DNA of 44,016 nucleotides from an uncultured Chitinophagaceae bacterium (GTDB lineage Bacteria; Bacteroidota; Bacteroidia; NS11-12g; UBA9320): NCBI GenBank assembly GCA_964482155.1, contig CAYZWM010000005.1, positions 1 to 44,016 of the forward strand, read 5' to 3'. Shown piece by piece: positions 36,013 to 44,016 of this stretch (position 1 is its first letter; each line of letters starts with the position of its first letter). The notes under the pieces were generated by a model. It saw only the letters and a program-made list of their open reading frames with translations, ran no database searches and was not told where the DNA came from. The position numbers and the translations under genes were made by a program.

Positions 36013-37281
36013 ATGTTGCGACTATTAAAATTCGTCATTGGAGGAAGTCACCCTCGGTATTTCTTCATCCTGTTTTGCTTACTGATGAATAACGTCATGG
36101 TACTTTATGGTCAGGCCTCAGGAACGGCATTAATCATTAGTGAAGACAGTTGTTATTTGGTTATCGATGGTGAAACGAAGTTGTCAATTGTTGGGAACAG
36201 ACCGGTTTCTATCGAACTTTCTGAAGGCCAGCATATTATTCAAAATAAATCTTCAGGTGAGCACCAGGTCATTGATATTGAGGGTGGTAAACAAATAGTT
36301 GTACAGCTAAAACGTGACGATTCGCAGGAAATTAATAAAATTGAAGACACCCGGACAAGTCTTAGGTTAGCTGATCTCTCCATTAATGTTCCAGGCGGTT
36401 TGACGTTGGGTGCACATGTCTTGGCTGAATTAGATTACGAAACAGATGGTACCCCTTTCTTCCCATATTTCTTCCAAAAAGGTGATGATATAACTATAAA
36501 TATTGAACGACTAAATAAGAAAGGCACCTATACATTGGAGATTTACTCCTACCCTGAAGGAGTAAAAGTGTATTCCCATTATCGCTTTGACGGCTTAGTG
36601 GATCAAAAAGTAAGGATTCACCATGATGGAATTTATGTTATTGAGATCGGGACTAACCACGTTTTTGATCGGAAGGTTAGATACACATTGGATCGAACAC
36701 CGTTCTATCAAGATGATAGTATTGTTTCTTCAAGGGTTGAAAAGCGAATTAAATTTGATTTGGTAACCGTCCAGAAGCCAACAGAGTATTGGGTAAACAG
36801 CACATCAAACGAGACATGGAAAGGTGGTTCTTCCAGGATTACAATTCCAGTCAATCTTCCTTACAACACGAAGGAATGGTATTATGTATTCTCCGCTTCC
36901 AGGAGCAACGAAGAGACAAAAGAGGCGACGAAAACTTTTGATCTTGCTGGAAAGTTGGCTGAGCTGATGTTGGGTGCTCCTGGCATGGCAGTAAGTTTGG
37001 GATTAGACGTAATGAGCTCACCACCAGGGTCGGATTATTGTGACGTTTTCCTAGTCGACCATACCAACGCAGGTTACTTTAGGCAAGGTCGACAGTTTTC
37101 TTATTGGGTTGAGGGAAGTCGTGAAAATGTAATGTCTGGAAGTATTAAAATGGTAAAAGACCACGGAAAGTCGTTACAACTTGGTTTTAGAAACCGAAAC
37201 TCCTTACATGGGATTAGTGTAGGAGTTGAAGTTGTTGCCTTAGTTTTTGAAGAGTACTATTCTCAAGTTGATGAACCATAA
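36013..37281 (+). CDS. Secreted hypothetical protein (PEGA-like N-terminal module plus jelly-roll-like domains)
   Basis: Hydrophobic leader; LVIDG...ELSEGQHII; GGSSRITIPVNLPYNTKEWYY; PPGSDYCDVFL. Confidence 0.75.
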   Translation: MLRLLKFVIGGSHPRYFFILFCLLMNNVMVLYGQASGTALIISEDSCYLVIDGETKLSIVGNRPVSIELSEGQHIIQNKSSGEHQVIDIEGGKQIVVQLKRDDSQEINKIEDTRTSLRLADLSINVPGGLTLGAHVLAELDYETDGTPFFPYFFQKGDDITINIERLNKKGTYTLEIYSYPEGVKVYSHYRFDGLVDQKVRIHHDGIYVIEIGTNHVFDRKVRYTLDRTPFYQDDSIVSSRVEKRIKFDLVTVQKPTEYWVNSTSNETWKGGSSRITIPVNLPYNTKEWYYVFSASRSNEETKEATKTFDLAGKLAELMLGAPGMAVSLGLDVMSSPPGSDYCDVFLVDHTNAGYFRQGRQFSYWVEGSRENVMSGSIKMVKDHGKSLQLGFRNRNSLHGISVGVEVVALVFEEYYSQVDEP

Positions 37282-37396
37282 GCTACTCGTGATTCATTAA
37301 CTTTTACCCATAACTATCCATAGTCTGAGGCGCTGATTGCACATTGGAGATTACGGACTTATTTATTCAAAAAATCAACTACCAATAGGCTTAAAC

Positions 37397-37432
37397 AAAA
37401 AAGTCCCTCGACTTGTCGTCAAAGGACTTTTT
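37397..37432 (-). terminator. Bidirectional-looking intrinsic terminator, best on the minus strand (original tRNA terminator)
   Basis: Minus strand aaaaagtcc-tttgac-gacaa-gtcgag-ggacttttt; the inner stem pairs fully only on the minus strand via G-U. Confidence 0.8.
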
Positions 37433-37440
37433 CATTTATT

Positions 37441-37456
37441 GTGACCCGACTGGGAT
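37441..37456 (-). mobile_element. tRNA 3'-end remnant, probable att core at the left edge of an integrated island
   Basis: Minus strand ATCCCAGTCGGGTCAC resembles T-loop end + T-stem 3' strand + acceptor 3' strand + discriminator of a Bacteroidota tRNA (Lys/Arg-like); followed by a terminator; no tRNA body upstream. Confidence 0.65.
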
Positions 37457-38055
37457 CATTAGCTGTGTCTTGTAAGTTGCTTGTATGTAGAGTATTAATT
37501 GTGATTATTTGTTAAGGTGGGGACAAACTATATCGAATTCCCAATCCAAAATATTAACGGTTCTTAGTTCACTTTTGGCTGACGTTTAACAACCCACTAA
37601 TTACATTTTTTTAGCCTTTTATCTCAAATAAACTGGATTTATGGTCGTCATAAAACGTATCTGGACTAGGGGGTAAATACCAGGCAGGTTGTGTAGATGT
37701 TGGGGTAAAAAAAACCTTGAAACTAAAATAAATGGGTTTTTTAAGCCTTATGTTTTTAAAATGATGTTACATCTTATAAAAAAACTTGATTCCATAATGC
37801 ACACTGGCGTTTTTTTCAATACTTCTCATTTGCCGTGAATGATTAGAATACGAAAAAAAGCATAGAATGTTTTGGTCAGTTAACACAATTCCAGAATCCT
37901 CAAGCCGAGCGACTTTCTTTTCGACGGATAGATTTAACTTGTCATCTTAGGGTAAAAACGGGTATTCTTATTGAGCTGGAGAACGCATTTTTCAATACGG
38001 ATGTCCAGTAAAAAAATCACTAGGTTTATCTATTTTCTATGACAAACAAAGATTC

Positions 38056-38063
38056 TACATTTG
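38056..38063 (+). promoter_or_regulatory. Sigma-A -7 element (TACATTTG), implying a leader of about 320 nt
   Basis: Exact TAnnTTTG match upstream of the 38387 gene; no clear -33 box. Confidence 0.45.
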
Positions 38064-38068
38064 GGTGC

Positions 38069-38275
38069 GTAGGACAAAAGAAAACAATATTCGGCTTACC
38101 TAACCATTGTTTTTAATCGAGGGAGTAAGGCCAAATGGAAAATTTCTTTGCCATTATGTTTTATCAGGTTTTGTATTAACTGTATTGATAAAAGAGCCAA
38201 CCGTTTTGTAGGCAAGCTTATATGCACATCATCAGTGGTGGCGCATTGTCCACAAATCGGGAGTAGGCCAAAAGG
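38069..38275 (+). repeat. Degenerate tandem duplication with a 138-140-nt period in the leader
   Basis: gtaggacaa(38069)/gtaggcaa(38208); cattgt(38105/38244); aatcgagggagtaaggccaaatgg(38115)/aatcgggagtaggccaaaagg(38255). Confidence 0.55.
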
Positions 38276-38386
38276 CACTTGGGAAATGACAAAAGCCCTC
38301 CTACATTTACGTTCGAACTGACCTTTGAAATAATGAATGAGACTAAACCAATGGTGTACCAATCACCAGTTACATTTTATACATAT

Positions 38387-39550
38387 ATGAATACAATTGC
38401 GCATATAGTGCAAAAAGGGACTTTGTTCCTTTTTGTCCTTTTTACCGTTACTGGGCTTTCGGCTCAAGTTGTTATTAACCCTCACCCAATAGTCGGGTTT
38501 CAATTTTCCAGCAAAGACATTTTAAACTTCGATGTGGTCTATAGCCATACTGAAAACATAAAGGTTCAGTATGAAGGAAGTCTAATGGATGCCAATGGAA
38601 GATTGGTCGTTCAATACATGAGCGGCACCCATGTGTTAAAACCTGGGGCAAATTCGTATAACCCTGGAAATTTTAAAATTGCTCAAACCCGATATGTCAA
38701 CCGGACCATTGCGGAAATTGAAAAGACAACCAAATTTTTACCCTCGGGCGATTACACATTTTGTATTAACATAAAATGCGTTGATCACAGGGAAGTATGC
38801 GAGCGGGCTCTTAATATAGAAATGGATTATTCGGCGTGTTCAGACGCACATGCAGAACCCATTACCCCTTTATTATTAAGTTTCCCAGAAGACGAAGCGG
38901 AGTTAGACTATAAACGTCCAAATTTTTCGTGGATTCCACCTATGCCTATTGGGAATAATCCAAACATGTCCTATACCTATACGCTGGTTCATATGTTCAA
39001 CGATCAAACGGCTGAAGACGCGATTCGAAGAAACCGGGCCTTGTATACTCAAAACGGCATACGGAGTATCAGTCTGATGTTTCCCAATCAATTAGATGAC
39101 CTAGAAGAAGGGGAACATTATGCCTGGCAGGTTAGTGCACATATTGGCCAGCAACATATAGCCACGAGCGATGTTTGGGAATTTGAAGTTGAGGAGCAAG
39201 AGGAGGTAGAACTTTTTTATACTGTCAAAAGGAAAATTGGATTGGAAAGTTACGATCACCCTATAAACAAGGACATGGGATTTGTCTTTAACGAGCGTTA
39301 TGCCCAGGATCCCACACGAACTTGGACTATTAGGGTAAAAATAGAAGGCCAGAACCTCTGGGAAGAACTCAATTACTTGGGTGACCTAGGTAAACAACTT
39401 GGAAAACAAAATTTGGTGATTAGCCCCTTAGATATTCAGGACATGAAAGTTGGAGACGTGTTTTTGTTTGAGATTTCAAACAACAAACAAGACAAATTCT
39501 ACCTGAGAATAAAATTCCTTGAGCCACAAGCTGTTAAAAACATTAAATAA
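38387..39550 (+). CDS. Secreted TANFOR-like / Ig-FN3-like protein (start moved from TTG 38279 to ATG 38387)
   Basis: Signal peptide MNTIAHIVQKGTLFLFVLFTVTGLSA-QV; LPSGDYTFCINI...C...C; PLLLSFPED...RPNFSWIPP; LEEGEHYAWQV...SDVWEF. Confidence 0.8.
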   Translation: MNTIAHIVQKGTLFLFVLFTVTGLSAQVVINPHPIVGFQFSSKDILNFDVVYSHTENIKVQYEGSLMDANGRLVVQYMSGTHVLKPGANSYNPGNFKIAQTRYVNRTIAEIEKTTKFLPSGDYTFCINIKCVDHREVCERALNIEMDYSACSDAHAEPITPLLLSFPEDEAELDYKRPNFSWIPPMPIGNNPNMSYTYTLVHMFNDQTAEDAIRRNRALYTQNGIRSISLMFPNQLDDLEEGEHYAWQVSAHIGQQHIATSDVWEFEVEEQEEVELFYTVKRKIGLESYDHPINKDMGFVFNERYAQDPTRTWTIRVKIEGQNLWEELNYLGDLGKQLGKQNLVISPLDIQDMKVGDVFLFEISNNKQDKFYLRIKFLEPQAVKNIK

Positions 39551-39579
39551 ATTAGATAAAACAAACGAGCAGATCCACT

Positions 39580-42500
39580 ATGTTAATCCAAATTCGAAAA
39601 TCAAGATGGGCCAAAGTAGTTGTAATTATTATGACCGCCTTTATGTTCATGCCCTTACAATATCCTATTAGTGCTTATGCACTTTCGGGTGGACCAACAC
39701 CACCAGAATATGCGACTTTTCAGAAAGTTGGATCAGGTAGTATGGTTGATCCATTTTCTGGGAATGTGCAATATTCCTTATCGCTTTTTGAGATTGGTGG
39801 GTACCCAATCAGTTTAACATACTCGGGTGATATTAATCCTGAGCAAAATGCGGGTTGGGTTGGCCTGGGCTGGAGTTTACAGGCGGGATCTATTGGACGT
39901 GCTATGCGTGGCATTCCTGATGATTTTAAGGGAGATGAGGTTAAGAAAGAAATTAACAAAAAACCTAGAATCATTCAGTCTTACGATTTCCAGTTTCACA
40001 ATAAAGAAGGCAAACAGGTCGAATTGGTAGGTTTGAATGGGGGGATTCGAATGAATGGGTTGCCAACCATAGTTCACGACAATTATCGTGGATTTGGAAT
40101 TAATTATGATGTCAATATGAAGTTTGGGGTTTTTAACCGAATTGACTCCATTCTTTCTGATACAAGTACCCGTTGGGTACCACCATTGCTGCCTGGGAAT
40201 GTTACTGAGATCATAAAATTTGATACAACGAATAAAAAAGACTTACCAATTATGGACTTTAATACGAGCTATAGTTCGTATGATGGTAATAGTTATTCTG
40301 TAATTCCTAAGGTTGGATTTATTGATAATGGATTAAACAAACTTCTAAACTCAAAAGATAAAAAAGTAAATATTCTGCTCGGAAATCCTGCGTTTCGATT
40401 TAATACTCATACGGGATTACAATCGATGGGTATGACCGGTAAAGGATTTGAGTATGGTAAGAAAAACACGTTTACCGTGAGCAATTTTGGGGCAAATTTC
40501 CTAACCCAGTCACACGTTCCTTCTTTTAATCCAGATATGCACTTGAGCGTCTGGAATACAGCATTGTCATTAGAAGGAGACCGAATTTTTTCGGACAAAA
40601 GGGCCATTGCAGTTAAAGTAACTGTATCAACTGAAAAAATCACTGAAAATACGGTAAACAAGAAGGGGTATGGATGCCTTTATATGAATCAAGGAGAAAA
40701 TACGGATGATGCTCTTTTAGACCATCAACAAGCGTCTATGTTGATCGACAAATACACACAAAGCCTTCCACCTACTGTGTCGACTTATGATGTTTTTAAT
40801 ATTTCGGCCTCTGGTTTGGGAGGAAGTTTTAAGGTTAAGTATAACAGTTTGGGTCTGATTTCCCCACCTAGTCAAAAAATATCCACGTTAGCGAATCCTA
40901 AAATATTTATTGAAATAGGAGCTGGGACAAACTGGAAAATTGCAGGAGATCTTGGACTCCGGCACATTTTGAAGAAAACAGGAAGATGGGACAAAAATAA
41001 TGATGCCGCGGACTATTTGGCATTTAAGAAGGGCGAAGTAAATAATGATTTTGAACCTTTTTCCTTTAGAAATAATTTCGAATTTATTGAAACTGAGACG
41101 GATTATCATACCAGTATGGGAGGACAAACAGCAACCAAGTTTGGTCTGAAACGTAGTTATAATGGAAAACTTTCAGCATGGAAGGCGACCAGTGACCTTT
41201 ATGGAATAAATAATAACAAAATTCAGACAATTTCCAGTGAGTTATACAACGCCAATCGAAGTCCTCGTCAGCAATCTATAACGTACCTCACCGCAGAACA
41301 AGCAAAAGAACATGGCATTCAAAAAAAGATACAGAACTACCATTTTATTCCCAATGGAGTCAATTGTGAGTCAATTTTTACGGTTACAACGATAAACTCT
41401 GGTGGTACTGACCACCATCTGTCTTATGAAGAAATTGATCGTGATTATAGCTACCGAAAAGGACATCATTTGTCTGAGATAAATGTGCTGCAGCCTAATG
41501 GAATGAGGTTTAATTTCGGGCTTCCATTGTATCAGGTCGAAGAGAATAAAGTCTCATTTAGTGTAAAAGGCGATTTGTCTGGTAAAGGGTTAGATGATTT
41601 TCTAACGAGTAGTACAACCTATTTTAATAGTGGTGCAAACCCGGATGATGGGATTAAGAACGATAAAGGAATTGACAACCACTATGAGCAAGTTACAATT
41701 CCAGCTTACGCCAATGCTTTTCTATTAACCACTATTCTATCTACGGACTATTCAGATCTTGGAAACGATGGACCAACTACGGATGACCTTGGGTCGTATG
41801 TAAAGTTTAATTATGCGATGCCCGATTACGAGACACACAAGGACAATCCAGCCGATCCCGAATATGACCCAAACCATCATTTATTTAATTGGAGAGCTCC
41901 TTTTGAAAATGCAGATTGGTCCAGAGGTTATAAATCAGACGAGTTAGACGACCAAGGCAGTTTTTCCTATGGAAAACGTGAGCAATGGTATATGCACAGT
42001 ATAGAGACTAAGGATGAAATTGCGGTTTTTGAACTTGCGGATCGTGTAGATGGCTATGGGGTTACCGGAAGAGATGGTGGTGTTGATGGTGGTGGAAATC
42101 GACAGAAATATCTCGTGGGTATTAAAATTTATGATCGTCGAGCCTTTGAACGAGATGGGCTTAGTGCCTCTCCTATCAAACAAATCATAATGCATTATTC
42201 ACATGATCTTTGTAACGGTATTACTTCTTATATCGACCCAGGAGTTCCATCTTTTTGTAACGATCACCCATTAAAGGAATTGGGAGGTGTTTATACTTCG
42301 GCTACGAAATATTCTGGAGGTAAATTAACACTTCAAAAAATAGAATTTATTGAGGGTAGTCTTGGTATGCTAACGAAAGACCCCTACATCTTTGAATACA
42401 AGACAGCCAATCCTGATTATGAATATAAATCGGTAGACAGATGGGGTACTTTTCACCGAAAGAACACACATCAACAAGTGGGTGTTGCTAATGACAAACA

Positions 42501-44016
42501 AACTACTCTCTCTGATCACCCGTATACGTATCAGAACAAAGACAGCCTGGATAAATGGGCTTCTGCCTGGATGCTTTCTGACATTAGGACGCCTTCGGGA
42601 GGGAAAATCTCCCTGGAATATGAATCAGACGATTATGCATACGTACAAAACAAACAAGCTATGACTATGACTCGGATCAAAGGAATTCGACAAGAACTTT
42701 CTGATCCAGATGAAAACAAACTTTACGGTGAGAATAACGACAATATCTGGTCGACCAAAATGAAGTTTAATGACGTTCGAGAGCCCAGACTATATATCAC
42801 ATTTGAAATGGACCCGGGAAGTGCTATATCTGATTATGTACCGGAGAATGACCTCATCTTTTTTAGTTTCAATGTTGACCTTGCCCGTAGAAGCGAATCG
42901 AAGGCCAATGAACAGGTGTCGGGCTTTTTTACCATCAAAGAATCAGGGGAAATAGAAGGAACCAATTTGGGATACATTAAAGTCCAACATTATGATTTAG
43001 GTAAGACACGGTCCGCCAAAGTTCACCCTGTCACTAAAATGGCATGGCAGTATGCGTTTTCAAACCTTCCTCATCTTATGAACCCCAAAGGGTCTACCAA
43101 ACGGAGTTCTGGAGCCGAGAAAATTGATGATGCGGTAAATCAGGCGATGGGTATAATTCCAGAATACCTTAAGTCTCTAATTGGAGAGTCGGCGTACTTT
43201 CAAGCTCACGGACATGCGCAGGAAGTGAATTTGTCCAAATCGTATTTGCGACTGTTAAGTCCAGATTCAAAAAAATTGGGAGGAGGTCACCGTGTCAAAC
43301 GAATAACTACGTACGATAATTGGGATCAGATGACGGGTAATTCGGCAGCTTTATCGAGCTACTCTACTGTTTATGACTATTCAACTGATCATCCAGACAA
43401 ATTAGGTGAAATCTCCAGTGGGGTAGCCATTTATGAACCCTTTGTTGGAGGAGACGAAAATCCGTTAAAAATGCCGATAAATTATGATGCGTTGGAAGAC
43501 GTTTATATTAAACGTCGAACGGGTATAATTGGTCCAATAACTATAGGTTATGACCTGGGACCCGTGGGAGAAGAGTTTTATCCAGCAGCAGGTGTAGGTT
43601 ACAGTAAAGTAACTGTTCGAAATGAAACACCAAATACAGACATTGTTAGACACCTATCTGGCAGAACGGAATATGATTTTTACACCGCATATGATTTTCC
43701 AACGAAGTCGTATATGACGACAATTGACAAGCGCATTAGACGATTTTCAACACCTGGTTTGGGTTTTACAGGAGTAGATAGCCTATCAAGAGATCGTGAT
43801 ATTACAGATTCAGATGGGAAAACAACAGGCACTGAAACCAAAAAAGGAACCTTCAAGTTTGGCTTGGACGTTACCGTAAAACTTGGTTATGCCGCTGCTA
43901 CACAAGGCTATTTGATTGAACAAAATGATATGCACGGTAAGCCTAAATCAGTTAGAACATATAAAAATGATGCCGTTGATCCAATTACATACAGTAAATA
44001 TTATTATAAAATCGAC
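39580..44016 (+). CDS. Giant secreted SpvB/TcB-like YD-shell protein, 5' part (at least 1479 aa; runs off the right edge; absent from ORF track)
   Basis: Manually translated with no stop from ATG 39580 to 44016: signal peptide ...PISAYA-LSGGPTPPE; MVDPFSGNVQYSLSLFEIGGYPISLTYS...GWVGLGWSL...RAMRGIPDD; later GKLTLQKI, VDRWG, AWMLSDIRTPSGGKISLEYESDDY, GGGHRVKRI, SSGVAIYEP, VGYSKVTV, NDMHGKPKS. Confidence 0.92.
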   Translation, partial: MLIQIRKSRWAKVVVIIMTAFMFMPLQYPISAYALSGGPTPPEYATFQKVGSGSMVDPFSGNVQYSLSLFEIGGYPISLTYSGDINPEQNAGWVGLGWSLQAGSIGRAMRGIPDDFKGDEVKKEINKKPRIIQSYDFQFHNKEGKQVELVGLNGGIRMNGLPTIVHDNYRGFGINYDVNMKFGVFNRIDSILSDTSTRWVPPLLPGNVTEIIKFDTTNKKDLPIMDFNTSYSSYDGNSYSVIPKVGFIDNGLNKLLNSKDKKVNILLGNPAFRFNTHTGLQSMGMTGKGFEYGKKNTFTVSNFGANFLTQSHVPSFNPDMHLSVWNTALSLEGDRIFSDKRAIAVKVTVSTEKITENTVNKKGYGCLYMNQGENTDDALLDHQQASMLIDKYTQSLPPTVSTYDVFNISASGLGGSFKVKYNSLGLISPPSQKISTLANPKIFIEIGAGTNWKIAGDLGLRHILKKTGRWDKNNDAADYLAFKKGEVNNDFEPFSFRNNFEFIETETDYHTSMGGQTATKFGLKRSYNGKLSAWKATSDLYGINNNKIQTISSELYNANRSPRQQSITYLTAEQAKEHGIQKKIQNYHFIPNGVNCESIFTVTTINSGGTDHHLSYEEIDRDYSYRKGHHLSEINVLQPNGMRFNFGLPLYQVEENKVSFSVKGDLSGKGLDDFLTSSTTYFNSGANPDDGIKNDKGIDNHYEQVTIPAYANAFLLTTILSTDYSDLGNDGPTTDDLGSYVKFNYAMPDYETHKDNPADPEYDPNHHLFNWRAPFENADWSRGYKSDELDDQGSFSYGKREQWYMHSIETKDEIAVFELADRVDGYGVTGRDGGVDGGGNRQKYLVGIKIYDRRAFERDGLSASPIKQIIMHYSHDLCNGITSYIDPGVPSFCNDHPLKELGGVYTSATKYSGGKLTLQKIEFIEGSLGMLTKDPYIFEYKTANPDYEYKSVDRWGTFHRKNTHQQVGVANDKQTTLSDHPYTYQNKDSLDKWASAWMLSDIRTPSGGKISLEYESDDYAYVQNKQAMTMTRIKGIRQELSDPDENKLYGENNDNIWSTKMKFNDVREPRLYITFEMDPGSAISDYVPENDLIFFSFNVDLARRSESKANEQVSGFFTIKESGEIEGTNLGYIKVQHYDLGKTRSAKVHPVTKMAWQYAFSNLPHLMNPKGSTKRSSGAEKIDDAVNQAMGIIPEYLKSLIGESAYFQAHGHAQEVNLSKSYLRLLSPDSKKLGGGHRVKRITTYDNWDQMTGNSAALSSYSTVYDYSTDHPDKLGEISSGVAIYEPFVGGDENPLKMPINYDALEDVYIKRRTGIIGPITIGYDLGPVGEEFYPAAGVGYSKVTVRNETPNTDIVRHLSGRTEYDFYTAYDFPTKSYMTTIDKRIRRFSTPGLGFTGVDSLSRDRDITDSDGKTTGTETKKGTFKFGLDVTVKLGYAAATQGYLIEQNDMHGKPKSVRTYKNDAVDPITYSKYYYKID

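Larger units (their letters stand above)
37457..44016. mobile_element. Putative tRNA-targeted genomic island (left part only; no integrase in window)
   Basis: Inferred from the att-like tRNA fragment and the toxin-shell-like cargo; the right boundary lies outside the window. Confidence 0.5.

Noticed and set aside
37441-37520. Complete tRNA gene
   Set aside because: Only the last 16 nt are tRNA-like; no D-arm, anticodon arm or TTCGA loop
37671-37956. Three GGGTAAA copies (37671, 37703, 37950), one within the palindrome GGTAAATACC, as regulator sites
   Set aside because: Short motif with irregular spacing; not distinguishable from chance without a genome-wide test
38115-38145. SAM-I riboswitch resemblance (GAGGGA...GGCC...ATG.AA)
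   Set aside because: No P1 TTATC/GATAA enclosing it, no GCAACC, and the downstream genes are unrelated to sulfur metabolism
39720-43653. Short ORFs listed in the track across 39.7-43.7 kb
   Set aside because: All are shadows of the single uninterrupted plus-strand frame starting at 39580

Overview
Bacteroidota chromosomal segment: several TAnnTTTG sigma-A promoters and five proteins with type A T9SS C-terminal sorting domains. Positions 1-37.3 kb hold mixed accessory genes: tpm, mscS, an ECF sigma/anti-sigma pair, SulP, outer-membrane barrels, a membrane LytTR regulator plus hydrolase, an Old Yellow Enzyme, a histidine kinase with a REC-glutaredoxin-like-TrxR-like fusion, an M43 protease, and ELWxxDGT and LRR surface proteins. 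Two signals are invisible in the ORF track. (1) The 1.4-kb gap between mscS and the ECF sigma holds three candidate small RNAs. Each has its own terminator and the same promoter geometry (21-bp-period hexamer repeats, the proximal one 47 nt from a TTTG -7 core), and two share a GAGTT..ACGCGAC motif just before the terminator. (2) A tRNA 3'-end remnant plus terminator at about 37.4 kb marks the probable edge of an integrated island. The island begins with a TANFOR-like secreted protein and an uninterrupted ORF of at least 1479 aa (39580 to window end) that has a Sec signal peptide, an SpvB/TcB-like N-terminus and YD-shell-type motifs. A duplicated ECF promoter (TGTAACT-N13-TTCTATT) also links the sigma factor to the beta-barrel pair at 9350-11058. 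All family assignments are motif recognition by eye; no database searches were run.
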